NCBI GenBank assembly: GCA_965116885.1
Contig: OZ220741.1
Coordinates: forward strand, 2,144,001 to 2,208,000
Source: Candidatus Latescibacterota bacterium
GTDB lineage: Bacteria; Latescibacterota; UBA2968
Direction: 5' to 3'
DNA: 64,000 bases
Part shown: one piece after another, positions 32,001-40,810 of the stretch
Layout: the number at the start of each line of letters is the position of its first letter
Position numbering within the stretch: position 1 is the stretch's first letter
Translations under genes and position numbers: made by a program
The notes under the pieces: generated by a model
What the model saw: only the letters and a program-made list of their open reading frames with translations
Databases searched by the model: none
What the model was told of the DNA's origin: nothing

Positions 32001-35000
32001 ATGCATCCCAAATCTTCACTTTTGCCGCGTATTTCGGTGTTGCGACCCGTGTCCGTTACCATGTGCCTTGTCGCACTATTGGTGTTGGGGGCGGTGGCGT
32101 ATGTGCGCATGCCCGTCGAGATGATGCCCGATGGTTTGACACCGCCATTTTTGGCTGTGTCTGTTGGGTTTCGCAATGCCTCTCCACAGGAGACCGATCA
32201 ACAGATTACCCTGCCACTGGAAGAGACGCTGCGTACCGTAAAGGGTATTAAGTCCATGCGTAGCTACAGCTCTCGGGGCGTGCGCGTGCATATGGAATTT
32301 CGCCAATATACAGATATGGTGGCTGCGTACAATCAGGTTTCAGACCGGCTCGAGCGCCTCAAGCCCTTGCTGCCAGAAGAGGCGCGAGACGAGGTGCGTA
32401 TTCACAAATACGATCAGGATTCGAAGTCTGTTATGTATGTGTCTGTGTCGATAGACTCGACCATTACAGAACCCTTTCAGTTTATCGAGACCTTTGTGCA
32501 ATATCCTCTGGAGCGCGTGGATGGGGTTGGGCGCGTGGATATTTTTGGCGCGGATCGCAAGGAAGTGATGGTGGAGGTGGATCAAGAGCGCATGAGGGCG
32601 CGCGGTGTGCGCATTGGCGAGATTGTTTCGACCTTGAGGGGCGACAATTTTTCACTTGCCGGGGGGTATGTGCGGGAGGGACCAAAGAAATTTTACGTGC
32701 GGTCGCTGGCGCAGTATGTCACGTTGCGGGAAATTGAAAATATCCAGATTCAATCGCGGGCAGGCAAGGTGCGCCTGGGCGATGTGGCTTCGGTGGTTTT
32801 CGAGGTGCCCGAAAAATCGTGGACGCAGCGCATTGATGGCAAAAGAGGTATGAGTTTTGGTATCAAACAGGAATCGGGTGCAAATATCGTGGATGTGACC
32901 GATCGGGTTTTAGCGAAATTGAAAGCTATCGAAGAAGATCCGCGCATGGCCGGGCAGGTGTCGTTTCAAGTGCTGTTCAATCAGGGATTTTTTGTCAAGG
33001 AATCGATTCGCAATCTTCGGGAAACCGGACTTTGGGGCGGGTTATTTGCCGCGCTGGTGTTGTTGTTCTTTTTGCGTACCGTGCGGATGACGGCCATTAT
33101 TACTTTGGCTATTCCGCTGTGTGTGATGATTGCGATGACCGCGTTGTATTTTGTCGGCTGGTCGCTCAATGTGGTGACTATGATGGGTCTTATGGTTGGG
33201 ATTGGGTTGGTTGTGGATAATTCTATTGTGATTTTGGAGAATATTTATCGCCGGCGTGGAAATGGCGAGGCACCCGAAGATGCTGCTATATTTGGCGCGA
33301 GTGAGGTGGGGCAGGCCATTACTATGGCGACGTTTACGACGGTGGTGGTGTTTTTGCCTATGATGTTGTTTAGCGGCGATATGTTTATGACTTTTTACAT
33401 GACGCGCCTGGGCGTTCCGGTTGGGGTGGCTCTGGTGGGGTCGCTATTTGTGGCGCTGTTGTTTATTCCCCTGGCATCTGTGCGATTGGGCAAAGGTCGG
33501 GTGCGTCCCAATTCCAAAATTATTGTGAAGGCGCGAGGAATTTATGAGCGCATGTTGAGTTGGACATTGCGACACCGCCGGGACGCGGTGTTGATCGCGC
33601 TGGCACTTGCGGCAACGACGATGTATCCCCTGGATAATCTGAAGCGCGCAGACCGCCACCGCGGTGGTGCGTTTAACGATTTGGATGTGCGGTTGAGGTT
33701 GCCGCGTCACTTTTCGCCGGAAGAAACCGAGGATATTGTGGGAGAGGTCGAGGAATTTCTGGAGGCGCGGCGTGAAAAATACGGCTATGAAACCCTGCGC
33801 GTTTACTACCGACCTGGTTACGGTAATCTGAGCTTGTATATGCCGGCCAAGAGCGATGATCCTTGGTGGTACGTGGCGTACAAAAATACGCGCAGTGCCT
33901 TGGGGATACCCGTTGCTGGACCAATGGAACGGGCTGAGGTCGCGGAAGATATTAGCAAAAATATGCCCAGATATGTGGGTGTGCGGCATTCTGTGGAAGG
34001 GGCTCGCAATGAGGGCGGTGGTAGTGATCCGGGCGTATCGATTTATCTGGAAGGCGATGATACTGAGGTCCTCATCAGTCTCGTCGATGAGGTCGAGCGA
34101 CGCTTGCGGCAGATCCCGTCTCTCGTCGGTGTTGATACGGATTTGGAACTTGCCGATGACGAGGTGCGGGTCGTGATTGATCGGGAACGGGCGAAACGAC
34201 TTGGGATTTCTGTACGGGATGTTGCGCGCTATATCTCTTATGGTCTGCAAGGGGTGTCGTTGCCTCGTTTTAAGTCCGATGATGGCGAGGTGCGGGTGCG
34301 GCTTTTTCTGGATAGGACAGACCGACAAAATTTGAATCAGTTGCGCAATTTTCCGTTTGAGGCCGACGATGGTACAGAAGTGGCTTTGAACGATGTCGCC
34401 TTCTTCCAGGTCTCGCGGGGAATGGGGCGCATTGCGCGGTACGATGGCAAGGTCAAGTTGCGTATCAGGGCTTATACGACGCGGACAGATATTAGGGGTC
34501 TGGCCGCGGAGATTGACAAAGTGATGGCTGGTCTCGAGTTGCCCCGCGGGTATTCGTGGGACAAGGGAGAGAGTTTCAAACGCCTTGAAGAGGACGCAGC
34601 CTCTGAGCGACTGGGGATTGTGATGGCGGTGACGTGTGTGTTTTTGTTGATGGGCGTTTTGTTCGAGTCGTTTATTTTGCCGTTTTCAGTACTTTTTTCA
34701 ATTCCATTTTCTTTTTTGGGTGTTTACTGGACGCTGTATTTGACAGGTACGCCCATGGATAGGATGGCGTCTGTGGGTGTGATTGTGTTGATCGGTGTGG
34801 TGGTGAATAACGCGATTGTGCTGGTGGATATGGTCAATCGCTTGCGTGCCGATGGCATGAATCGCTTTGATGCAATTATGGAAGCGGGGCACAATCGCTT
34901 TCGCCCCATTATGATGACGACGTTTACAACGGTATTTGGCTTGCTGCCCATGGCTGTGGGCGATAGCAATGCAATGGGCATGTCTTATGCGCCTTTGGGA

Positions 35001-35168
35001 CGCACGATGATGGGTGGGCTGTTGGCTTCGACGTTCCTGACGTTGCTGGTTGTGCCCTTATTTTATACCTTGCTCGACGATTTGCGTCTGGCGTTTCGGC
35101 GTTTGAGCGCGGGTGTGTTTGCCTCTCGCGCGAGGGATGAGGCTTATGATACGGCCGACGATGATTGA
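32001..35168 (+). CDS. RND efflux transporter permease (AcrB/AcrD/AcrF family)
   Basis: RPVSV, GLVVDNSIVILENI, FESF..P, GVVVNNAIV, RFRPIMMT, GGL..ST.LTL.VVP. Confidence 0.93.
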   Translation: MHPKSSLLPRISVLRPVSVTMCLVALLVLGAVAYVRMPVEMMPDGLTPPFLAVSVGFRNASPQETDQQITLPLEETLRTVKGIKSMRSYSSRGVRVHMEFRQYTDMVAAYNQVSDRLERLKPLLPEEARDEVRIHKYDQDSKSVMYVSVSIDSTITEPFQFIETFVQYPLERVDGVGRVDIFGADRKEVMVEVDQERMRARGVRIGEIVSTLRGDNFSLAGGYVREGPKKFYVRSLAQYVTLREIENIQIQSRAGKVRLGDVASVVFEVPEKSWTQRIDGKRGMSFGIKQESGANIVDVTDRVLAKLKAIEEDPRMAGQVSFQVLFNQGFFVKESIRNLRETGLWGGLFAALVLLFFLRTVRMTAIITLAIPLCVMIAMTALYFVGWSLNVVTMMGLMVGIGLVVDNSIVILENIYRRRGNGEAPEDAAIFGASEVGQAITMATFTTVVVFLPMMLFSGDMFMTFYMTRLGVPVGVALVGSLFVALLFIPLASVRLGKGRVRPNSKIIVKARGIYERMLSWTLRHRRDAVLIALALAATTMYPLDNLKRADRHRGGAFNDLDVRLRLPRHFSPEETEDIVGEVEEFLEARREKYGYETLRVYYRPGYGNLSLYMPAKSDDPWWYVAYKNTRSALGIPVAGPMERAEVAEDISKNMPRYVGVRHSVEGARNEGGGSDPGVSIYLEGDDTEVLISLVDEVERRLRQIPSLVGVDTDLELADDEVRVVIDRERAKRLGISVRDVARYISYGLQGVSLPRFKSDDGEVRVRLFLDRTDRQNLNQLRNFPFEADDGTEVALNDVAFFQVSRGMGRIARYDGKVKLRIRAYTTRTDIRGLAAEIDKVMAGLELPRGYSWDKGESFKRLEEDAASERLGIVMAVTCVFLLMGVLFESFILPFSVLFSIPFSFLGVYWTLYLTGTPMDRMASVGVIVLIGVVVNNAIVLVDMVNRLRADGMNRFDAIMEAGHNRFRPIMMTTFTTVFGLLPMAVGDSNAMGMSYAPLGRTMMGGLLASTFLTLLVVPLFYTLLDDLRLAFRRLSAGVFASRARDEAYDTADDD

Positions 35169-35179
35169 GAGGATGCGTA

Positions 35180-35266
35180 ATGGAAACAGTCATTGGCATG
35201 ATCGTGGTAACGGGCCTGTGTGGGCTTGTCGCCTTGCTGGTAAGGTGGCAGGCAAAGAAAAAATAA
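35180..35266 (+). CDS. Small single-TM peptide, 28 aa (not in ORF track)
   Basis: METVIGMIVVTGLCGLVALLVRWQAKKK; GAGAGGA RBS; tandem TAATAA stops; terminator follows. Confidence 0.6.
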   Translation: METVIGMIVVTGLCGLVALLVRWQAKKK

Positions 35267-35271
35267 TAATT

Positions 35272-35299
35272 GTGGCGGTTTTGAGACCGCCACTTTTTT
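35272..35299 (+). terminator. Intrinsic terminator
   Basis: gtggcggt-tttgag-accgccac then tttttt. Confidence 0.85.
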
Positions 35300-35311
35300 G
35301 TTGGATTTTTT

Positions 35312-36337
35312 ATGCTTGAGATAGACGATTTAGACAAGCGTCCGCTGATGGGCATTACGATGGGCGATCCGTGTGGTATAGGACCCGAAGTGATTTTGAA
35401 GGCTCTGGCGCGTGAGGAAAGCTATCGCGTGTGCAAGCCATTGGTTATTGGGCATCCCGAAATATTGTATCGCGATATGGGTATGGCCGGTGTGCGACTG
35501 GATGTGCGGGTTGTGGATCGACCCGAAGATGGCGCGTTTGAGTTTGGATGCGTTGATGTCTGGTGTCCGGTGGATGTGGATATGGATCAGATCTCAATGG
35601 GCAAAGTGTGTTGCGAGGCGGGTAGAGTAGCGGCTGAGTGGGTGATTCGCGCGGTTGATCTGGCGATGGCGGATCGCATTGACGGGATTGTGACGGCGCC
35701 TTTGAATAAGGAGGCGATGAATCTGGCGGGTTATCCCTACGCGGGGCATACGGAATTGTTGGCTGAGAAATCGGATGCAGGACGCGCACATCTCATGCTG
35801 GTATCTGATCGCATGAATGTGTCGCATGTGACGGGGCATATTGCGTTGCACGAGGTTCCAGATAGGCTTACGGTCGATCTGATTTACGATACGGTTCGGT
35901 TAACCCGAGATGTGCTTATCGGCATGGGGAAGTTAGATCCCAGGGTTGCGGTATGCGGGTTAAATCCACACGCGGGCGAAAATGGCTTGTTTGGTAGCGA
36001 GGATGCAGAGGTTGTCCGTCCGGCTGTTGAAAAGGCTCTGAGCAAAGGCTGGCGCGTTGATGGGCCTCTGCCTGCGGATACGACTTTTTTGAAGGCCTAC
36101 AATGGAATATACGACGGGGTGGTGGCGATGTATCACGATCAAGGCCATGTGCCCGCAAAGCTGGTGGCGTTTGACGAGGCTGTCAATGTGACCCTGGGCT
36201 TGCCGATTGTGCGGACGTCTGTGGATCACGGTACGGCTTATGATATCGCGGGCAAGGGTATCGCTAAGGCCGTGAATATGTTGCAGGCGATTCGCGTGGG
36301 GAGTAAGTTGGCGATTTTTACTTCATCCCCGCGATGA
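35312..36337 (+). CDS. pdxA: 4-hydroxythreonine-4-phosphate dehydrogenase family
   Basis: TMGDPCGIGPE, TAPLNKE, GHTE, GLNPHAGE, MYHDQG, RTSVDHGTA. Confidence 0.93.
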   Translation: MLEIDDLDKRPLMGITMGDPCGIGPEVILKALAREESYRVCKPLVIGHPEILYRDMGMAGVRLDVRVVDRPEDGAFEFGCVDVWCPVDVDMDQISMGKVCCEAGRVAAEWVIRAVDLAMADRIDGIVTAPLNKEAMNLAGYPYAGHTELLAEKSDAGRAHLMLVSDRMNVSHVTGHIALHEVPDRLTVDLIYDTVRLTRDVLIGMGKLDPRVAVCGLNPHAGENGLFGSEDAEVVRPAVEKALSKGWRVDGPLPADTTFLKAYNGIYDGVVAMYHDQGHVPAKLVAFDEAVNVTLGLPIVRTSVDHGTAYDIAGKGIAKAVNMLQAIRVGSKLAIFTSSPR

Positions 36338-36695
36338 CGTCGAGGAGTATGAGGTGTGCGCCGGTATCGCCGAAGATGGGTGTGCGCGTGGGTGCGTTGT
36401 CGGGGAAAAATTCGGCGTAGGCGTCGTTGAAGTCCGAGAAAAGAGAGCGGTCCTGGAGGATGGCGGTTACTTTCAGGACGTTGTCGAGCGATGTTCCCGC
36501 GTCTTCGAGTATGCCCGATATGTTGGTGAGAATGCATCGGGTTTGCGTTTTGATATCGTCTCCGACAATTTCATCGGTTTCCGGATCGACCGGGGGTTGG
36601 GCAGAGATGAAGATGAGGTCGCCGTAGATTATGGCTTGCGAGTAGGGGAATTTGGGGATGTTGCCGCGTTTGCTGGTGAAGGGTTGTTTTTTCAT
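36318..36695 (-). CDS. RidA/YjgF family protein
   Basis: PYSQA, IFISAQ, NVLKVT, FNDAYAEFF...PTRT. Confidence 0.9.
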   Translation of the reverse strand: MKKQPFTSKRGNIPKFPYSQAIIYGDLIFISAQPPVDPETDEIVGDDIKTQTRCILTNISGILEDAGTSLDNVLKVTAILQDRSLFSDFNDAYAEFFPDNAPTRTPIFGDTGAHLILLDVIAGMK

Positions 36696-36845
36696 TGTGG
36701 TCTCCTTGTGAAATGAGTATTGAGGATGCGTAATATAATTCCCTATGAGAAAAAATAAAAGGTATATGGGATGGGAGATGGTAGGTGGGAACGTTCTGGC
36801 GTATTGGGTGGTCTAAGGGTTAGTAATTAAAAATAGGAATGCGTT

Positions 36846-37325
36846 TTGGATATCTCAACTCAACGATCTCGGTGGGGAGACGCCGATACGCTTCGGCGTT
36901 TTGTTCTCGCTATTTTGATAATGGGAATTGTCGGTACGGGAGCCGAGCTTGTCCTCCTTGAGCATATGGAGGATTTCTGGCAGTGGGTGCCTCTCGTGCT
37001 CTTTGTGGCGGCGCTTCCGTGCGCTGGCTGGCTCTTTATCGCGCCTGGCGTGGCGAGTGTCCGCGTTTTTCAGATTGTGATGGTGCTGTTCGTTGTTTCG
37101 GGTTTTGTCGGGCAGTGGCTTCACTACAAGGGAAATGTCGAGTTCGAGCTGGAGATGTATCCATCCCGCAGTGGGCTTGAGCTCGTTTGGGAGGCTCTGG
37201 GGGGGGCTACCCCTTCGCTGGCACCAGGGACGATGACACTTCTCGGGTTGCTCGGTTTAGCGGTTTGTTTTCGCCACCCCGGTTTGCGGGCTGGTGAAGT
37301 GAGAAATTCTCAGGAGGGAATATGA
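36846..37325 (+). CDS. Hypothetical membrane protein (about 4 TM)
   Basis: Hydrophobic helices, ELVLLEH and PSLAPG segments; ATGA overlap with next gene. Confidence 0.7.
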   Translation: MDISTQRSRWGDADTLRRFVLAILIMGIVGTGAELVLLEHMEDFWQWVPLVLFVAALPCAGWLFIAPGVASVRVFQIVMVLFVVSGFVGQWLHYKGNVEFELEMYPSRSGLELVWEALGGATPSLAPGTMTLLGLLGLAVCFRHPGLRAGEVRNSQEGI

Positions 37326-38017
37326 ATATTCGCGGTAGAAGAGAGAAATTTACCAATATGGCGGTGTTACTCGTGTGTTTTGCGATGCTCTGGGGTTGTG
37401 GTGGGTCGAATGTGGAAGAGACACCTGTCTCCGACGCTCCTGCGGAAGAAGCCGCGAGTAGTGCAATGGTCGTCAATCCAAATCTCGCAGGTACCGATGA
37501 ACTCGGCGCGCTTCCCGGGATGAGCAAAGAGCTCGCTGACGCGATTGTGGCGCAGCGCCCGTTCCTCGGTATGGTAGCATTGCACCCGGTCGTGTCGCAG
37601 CATCTCGGTCTGGAGGAGGTCGAGAAGCTCTACGTTCAGATGTTTATTCCGCTTAATCTGAATACTGCCAGCGAGGAGGAGATTCTTCTGGTGCCCGGCG
37701 TGGGAAAGCGGATGGCGCACGAGTTTGAGGAGTACCGTCCTTATACGGCTATTGCCCAATGGCGCCGTGAGATGGGCAAATACGTAGATGATACCGAGGT
37801 TGCGCGGATGGCGCAGTATGTTTTTGTGCCTATCGACTTGAATACGGCTGCTGAGAAGGAGATCCTCGCCATTCCGGGCGTGGGAAAGCGGATGGCACAC
37901 GAGTTTGAGGAGTACCGTCCGTATTCGAGTATGGAACAGTTCCGGCGCGAGATTGGCAAGTATGTCGATGATGGCGAGGTGGCGCGTCTGGAGCGGTACG
38001 TGGAGATTCGACCTTAG
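37322..38017 (+). CDS. Putative lipoprotein with three helix-hairpin-helix units (ComEA-like)
   Basis: LWGC lipobox; NLNTASEEEILLVPGVG and DLNTAAEKEILAIPGVG repeats with 180-nt period. Confidence 0.8.
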   Translation: MNIRGRREKFTNMAVLLVCFAMLWGCGGSNVEETPVSDAPAEEAASSAMVVNPNLAGTDELGALPGMSKELADAIVAQRPFLGMVALHPVVSQHLGLEEVEKLYVQMFIPLNLNTASEEEILLVPGVGKRMAHEFEEYRPYTAIAQWRREMGKYVDDTEVARMAQYVFVPIDLNTAAEKEILAIPGVGKRMAHEFEEYRPYSSMEQFRREIGKYVDDGEVARLERYVEIRP

Positions 38018-38090
38018 TGTTTTTTTATTCAGATTGCCTATATTGAGTTTGATTATCTAATGTAGAAGATTTTATGCAATGGAGGTTGTG

Positions 38091-38786
38091 ATGTCTGTTA
38101 ATCGCCGACGTTTTCTATGTCAGTCCGCTGCATTGGGTGCGGCGGTTTTTGTGACACCAGGGGTTTTTGCCGAGCAACTGACGCTTACGCCCCGGCAGAC
38201 CGAGGGTCCGTTTTATCCGGATAAGATGCCGCTGGATGTCGATAATGATCTCGTGATAATCAACGATGCGATTACGCCCGCAGTGGGAGAGATTACGCAT
38301 TTGACCGGGCGTGTTCTGGATGTGAATGCCAATCCCATAAAGAATGCCATAGTGGAGATCTGGCAGGTCGATAGCAATGGGGTTTATATCCATACCGAGG
38401 CTCCGAGGCGCGACAGGCGAGACGCGAATTTTCAGGGTTTTGGGCGTTTTGAGACGGGATCTACGGGTGAGTACCGCTTTCGGACGATTAAGCCCGTGCG
38501 GTACGGGGGGTCGCGAACCGCTCATATTCATTTTGCGATTAATAAAAATGGGCACCGGCTTTTGACGTCGCAGATGTACGTGAAAGACAATCCGGACAAT
38601 GAATGGGATTCTATTTTCAGAAATACGGGTCGCGCGTCTCACGATTTGTTGTCCGTGCCGTTTAAGCCATTGCCCGGGTCTGAGGTTGGCGAATTGACGG
38701 CAAATTTTGATGTTGTGATTGGCGAGTCGCCCGAAGACCGGGAAAATGACCGAGGGCGACGAGGCCGACGGCGCGGGTGGTGGTAA
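38091..38786 (+). CDS. Intradiol ring-cleavage dioxygenase family protein with Tat signal
   Basis: NRRRFL, TEGPFYP, VEIWQ.D..G.Y, FRTIKP..Y, AHIH. Confidence 0.9.
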   Translation: MSVNRRRFLCQSAALGAAVFVTPGVFAEQLTLTPRQTEGPFYPDKMPLDVDNDLVIINDAITPAVGEITHLTGRVLDVNANPIKNAIVEIWQVDSNGVYIHTEAPRRDRRDANFQGFGRFETGSTGEYRFRTIKPVRYGGSRTAHIHFAINKNGHRLLTSQMYVKDNPDNEWDSIFRNTGRASHDLLSVPFKPLPGSEVGELTANFDVVIGESPEDRENDRGRRGRRRGWW

Positions 38787-38801
38787 AAAGATAGGATATG
38801 C

Positions 38802-38830
38802 TTGACGGAATGATCATTTCTGGCTATTCT
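38802..38830 (+). promoter_or_regulatory. Sigma70-type promoter for the three-gene cassette
   Basis: TTGACG-17 nt-TATTCT. Confidence 0.6.
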
Positions 38831-38891
38831 TTTTTGCACTGATGGTCCATTTCGACGACTGTGGTAAAAGTTCTGGCTAAGGATTTGCTGA

Positions 38892-39293
38892 ATGCATAGA
38901 ACACCCGAGATTGTTTTCCGGGCAATGAAAGAGGATTTTGATGGTAAACCTCTCGTGGAAAGGTCGGCAAGGGCATTAGGAGTTCGCATAAGTGGACCAT
39001 CTGTAGATATCTCAATTGATGAGAAAGGCGAAGTGCTTCCTAAGACGGGAGGGATGTCTGTAACGCCAGATTCTCTTCATCTGCTGCCGTATATAAGAAA
39101 GCCCAAAGCTTTGGGTGGTGAAGGACGCGACCCGGTTTTTTCTTTTCAAGTGATCAATTTGCCTTCTATTTTAGCTCTACGTAGAGATACATCAAGGCAC
39201 GCGCTTGTTGAACCATCGAAGCCCTGTTTGTTCGAGGAATATGAGCAAAATTTACATGGCACCAGAGAAGATTGGGTGAAATGTCATGAGTGA
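38892..39293 (+). CDS. Hypothetical protein, possible Tse2-like ADP-ribosyltransferase-fold toxin
   Basis: VFR10, GGMS56V, H103ALVEP spacing fits an Arg-Ser-His ART-like triad. Confidence 0.55.
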   Translation: MHRTPEIVFRAMKEDFDGKPLVERSARALGVRISGPSVDISIDEKGEVLPKTGGMSVTPDSLHLLPYIRKPKALGGEGRDPVFSFQVINLPSILALRRDTSRHALVEPSKPCLFEEYEQNLHGTREDWVKCHE

Positions 39294-39564
39294 AGCTTTC
39301 GAGCGATATCGTTCTTTAGAACGCGATCTCATTTATATCCGCTGGCAACATGCAGGATTTGAATCTGATGAAGAAGAGACTATTCTGGATGTCATGGAAG
39401 AAGTTTGGTATGAATTGAGGGAAAAAGAACAGCAGTTACTGTACAGTGAAGGGACGAAGTCCCTAATCCGCGATACCATACCACATTATTGTTTGATCGA
39501 TGGAGACATTTGGAGGGAGTCCCATTCCGGCAAATTGATTCGTGATCTTGGAGGTGTAGCCTAA
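39286..39564 (+). CDS. Small acidic helical protein, possible antitoxin/immunity protein
   Basis: 92 aa, ESDEEETILDVMEEVWYEL; 8-nt overlap with upstream ORF. Confidence 0.5.
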   Translation: MSEAFERYRSLERDLIYIRWQHAGFESDEEETILDVMEEVWYELREKEQQLLYSEGTKSLIRDTIPHYCLIDGDIWRESHSGKLIRDLGGVA

Positions 39565-40298
39565 TGTATCTTACTGCACAACGGATTCTGCGGATAAAGG
39601 ACAAGAAGGGGGGGATCAATGTTTTTCTGTATCAACACGGTAAGCATGATTTGCCTCCAAATGCACAATTTAGCAACGTTGACTGGATCACCAATCAGTA
39701 TCCTGGAAAACTTATCGCGGAATCTGTAGATTTAGTGCCAGGAGGCAATGCCGTTCTGAGCTTTATCGATATTGTTGGCAGGGAGGGGCTCGACAAAGAG
39801 TGCATACAGTATTTCCTCGACCAAATGGAATGCAGTGTTAAGGATGTACATACTCCCATTACCGAATCTACTTCGAATCTCGCCGTTAAATTTGGAATTA
39901 CATTGGGATTAAAAGGACAGGAGATAAGAGAGTATAAAGCCCTCAAGGAAAGGGCGATGCATCTGTTGGAGTCGCCCGAGCCTCCCAGGTGGCGCACTGG
40001 GAACCCGTGGATAGTGATTTATCGCAATATTTCTCATAATCAGGAAACATTTAGCTTATCATCAGAAACCGCCGAGAAACTCAAACAGATACATAACGGG
40101 TCTTGGGACTCTTCGAGGGTTTCAATAGATCGACACACAAAGCATAATGTCGAACTCATACACGGTGACCTGATACAGCACATCGCACCGGTCTTAACCG
40201 ATTTAACGCTTGAACAAATTGCTATACAGGGTGGATTAATACTTTGCGATTCTCTGACCCAAAAAAAAATTAAATGGCCTGAACTGAGGGAAATATAG
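39564..40298 (+). CDS. Hypothetical protein
   Basis: 244-aa ORF, GGAGG RBS, TAATG coupling to upstream gene; no motif recognised. Confidence 0.7.
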   Translation: MYLTAQRILRIKDKKGGINVFLYQHGKHDLPPNAQFSNVDWITNQYPGKLIAESVDLVPGGNAVLSFIDIVGREGLDKECIQYFLDQMECSVKDVHTPITESTSNLAVKFGITLGLKGQEIREYKALKERAMHLLESPEPPRWRTGNPWIVIYRNISHNQETFSLSSETAEKLKQIHNGSWDSSRVSIDRHTKHNVELIHGDLIQHIAPVLTDLTLEQIAIQGGLILCDSLTQKKIKWPELREI

Positions 40299-40323
40299 TT
40301 CAGGTAGAAATAAGGGGTATTTT

Positions 40324-40674
40324 TTGCGACGTTTTACTCACATTCTAATTATTGCATTGACGCTCATGGGAACGGTTGCGCCCTGTCTGTGCTGGGCGCA
40401 TCAGGCTTCGATGCCAGAGTGTCATGCTGCAGCAGAGTTGAAAGATTGCTGTTGTAGCAAAGAGGCGGCGGTCGATCAGCAGATGCCGGCGAGCGATCTG
40501 GCTGTTTTGCCGGGTGAATGGCAAAATCCAAAGTTGAATTTGACTTGTGTGACGTTGTATCCCTCGGTCGTTCTTTCCCAGAGTGATTTCCTTCCTTTTA
40601 TGGTGGATGATCGCCAGAGAGCTTTGCGATCACCGCCCGATCTGTATCTTCTCCACGCTGCATTTCTCATCTGA
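40324..40674 (+). CDS. Cys/His-rich exported hypothetical protein preceding the metal efflux operon
   Basis: Hydrophobic N-terminus, CLC, CH, CCC, C-terminal RSPP..YLLH..FLI. Confidence 0.6.
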   Translation: MRRFTHILIIALTLMGTVAPCLCWAHQASMPECHAAAELKDCCCSKEAAVDQQMPASDLAVLPGEWQNPKLNLTCVTLYPSVVLSQSDFLPFMVDDRQRALRSPPDLYLLHAAFLI

Positions 40675-40810
40675 TTTTTCTTTCCTGTGCTTGAATGGCG
40701 TTTGGGGATAGGTGTGTACAAAATATTCCCAAATGGTCGTTTTTTTCGCCGCATGTTTTGCGGACTTTTTCCTTTTTAAATACTAAATATAGATTCTCTG
40801 GAGGTGGCTT

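Noticed and set aside
36318..36337. Functional significance of the convergent pdxA/ridA 3' overlap
   Set aside because: A 20-nt tail-to-tail overlap is common in compact genomes; nothing further supports a role
38787..40323. IS, integron cassette or prophage boundaries around the AT-rich cassette
   Set aside because: No transposase or integrase, terminal inverted repeats, target duplication or attC-like site could be identified by eye
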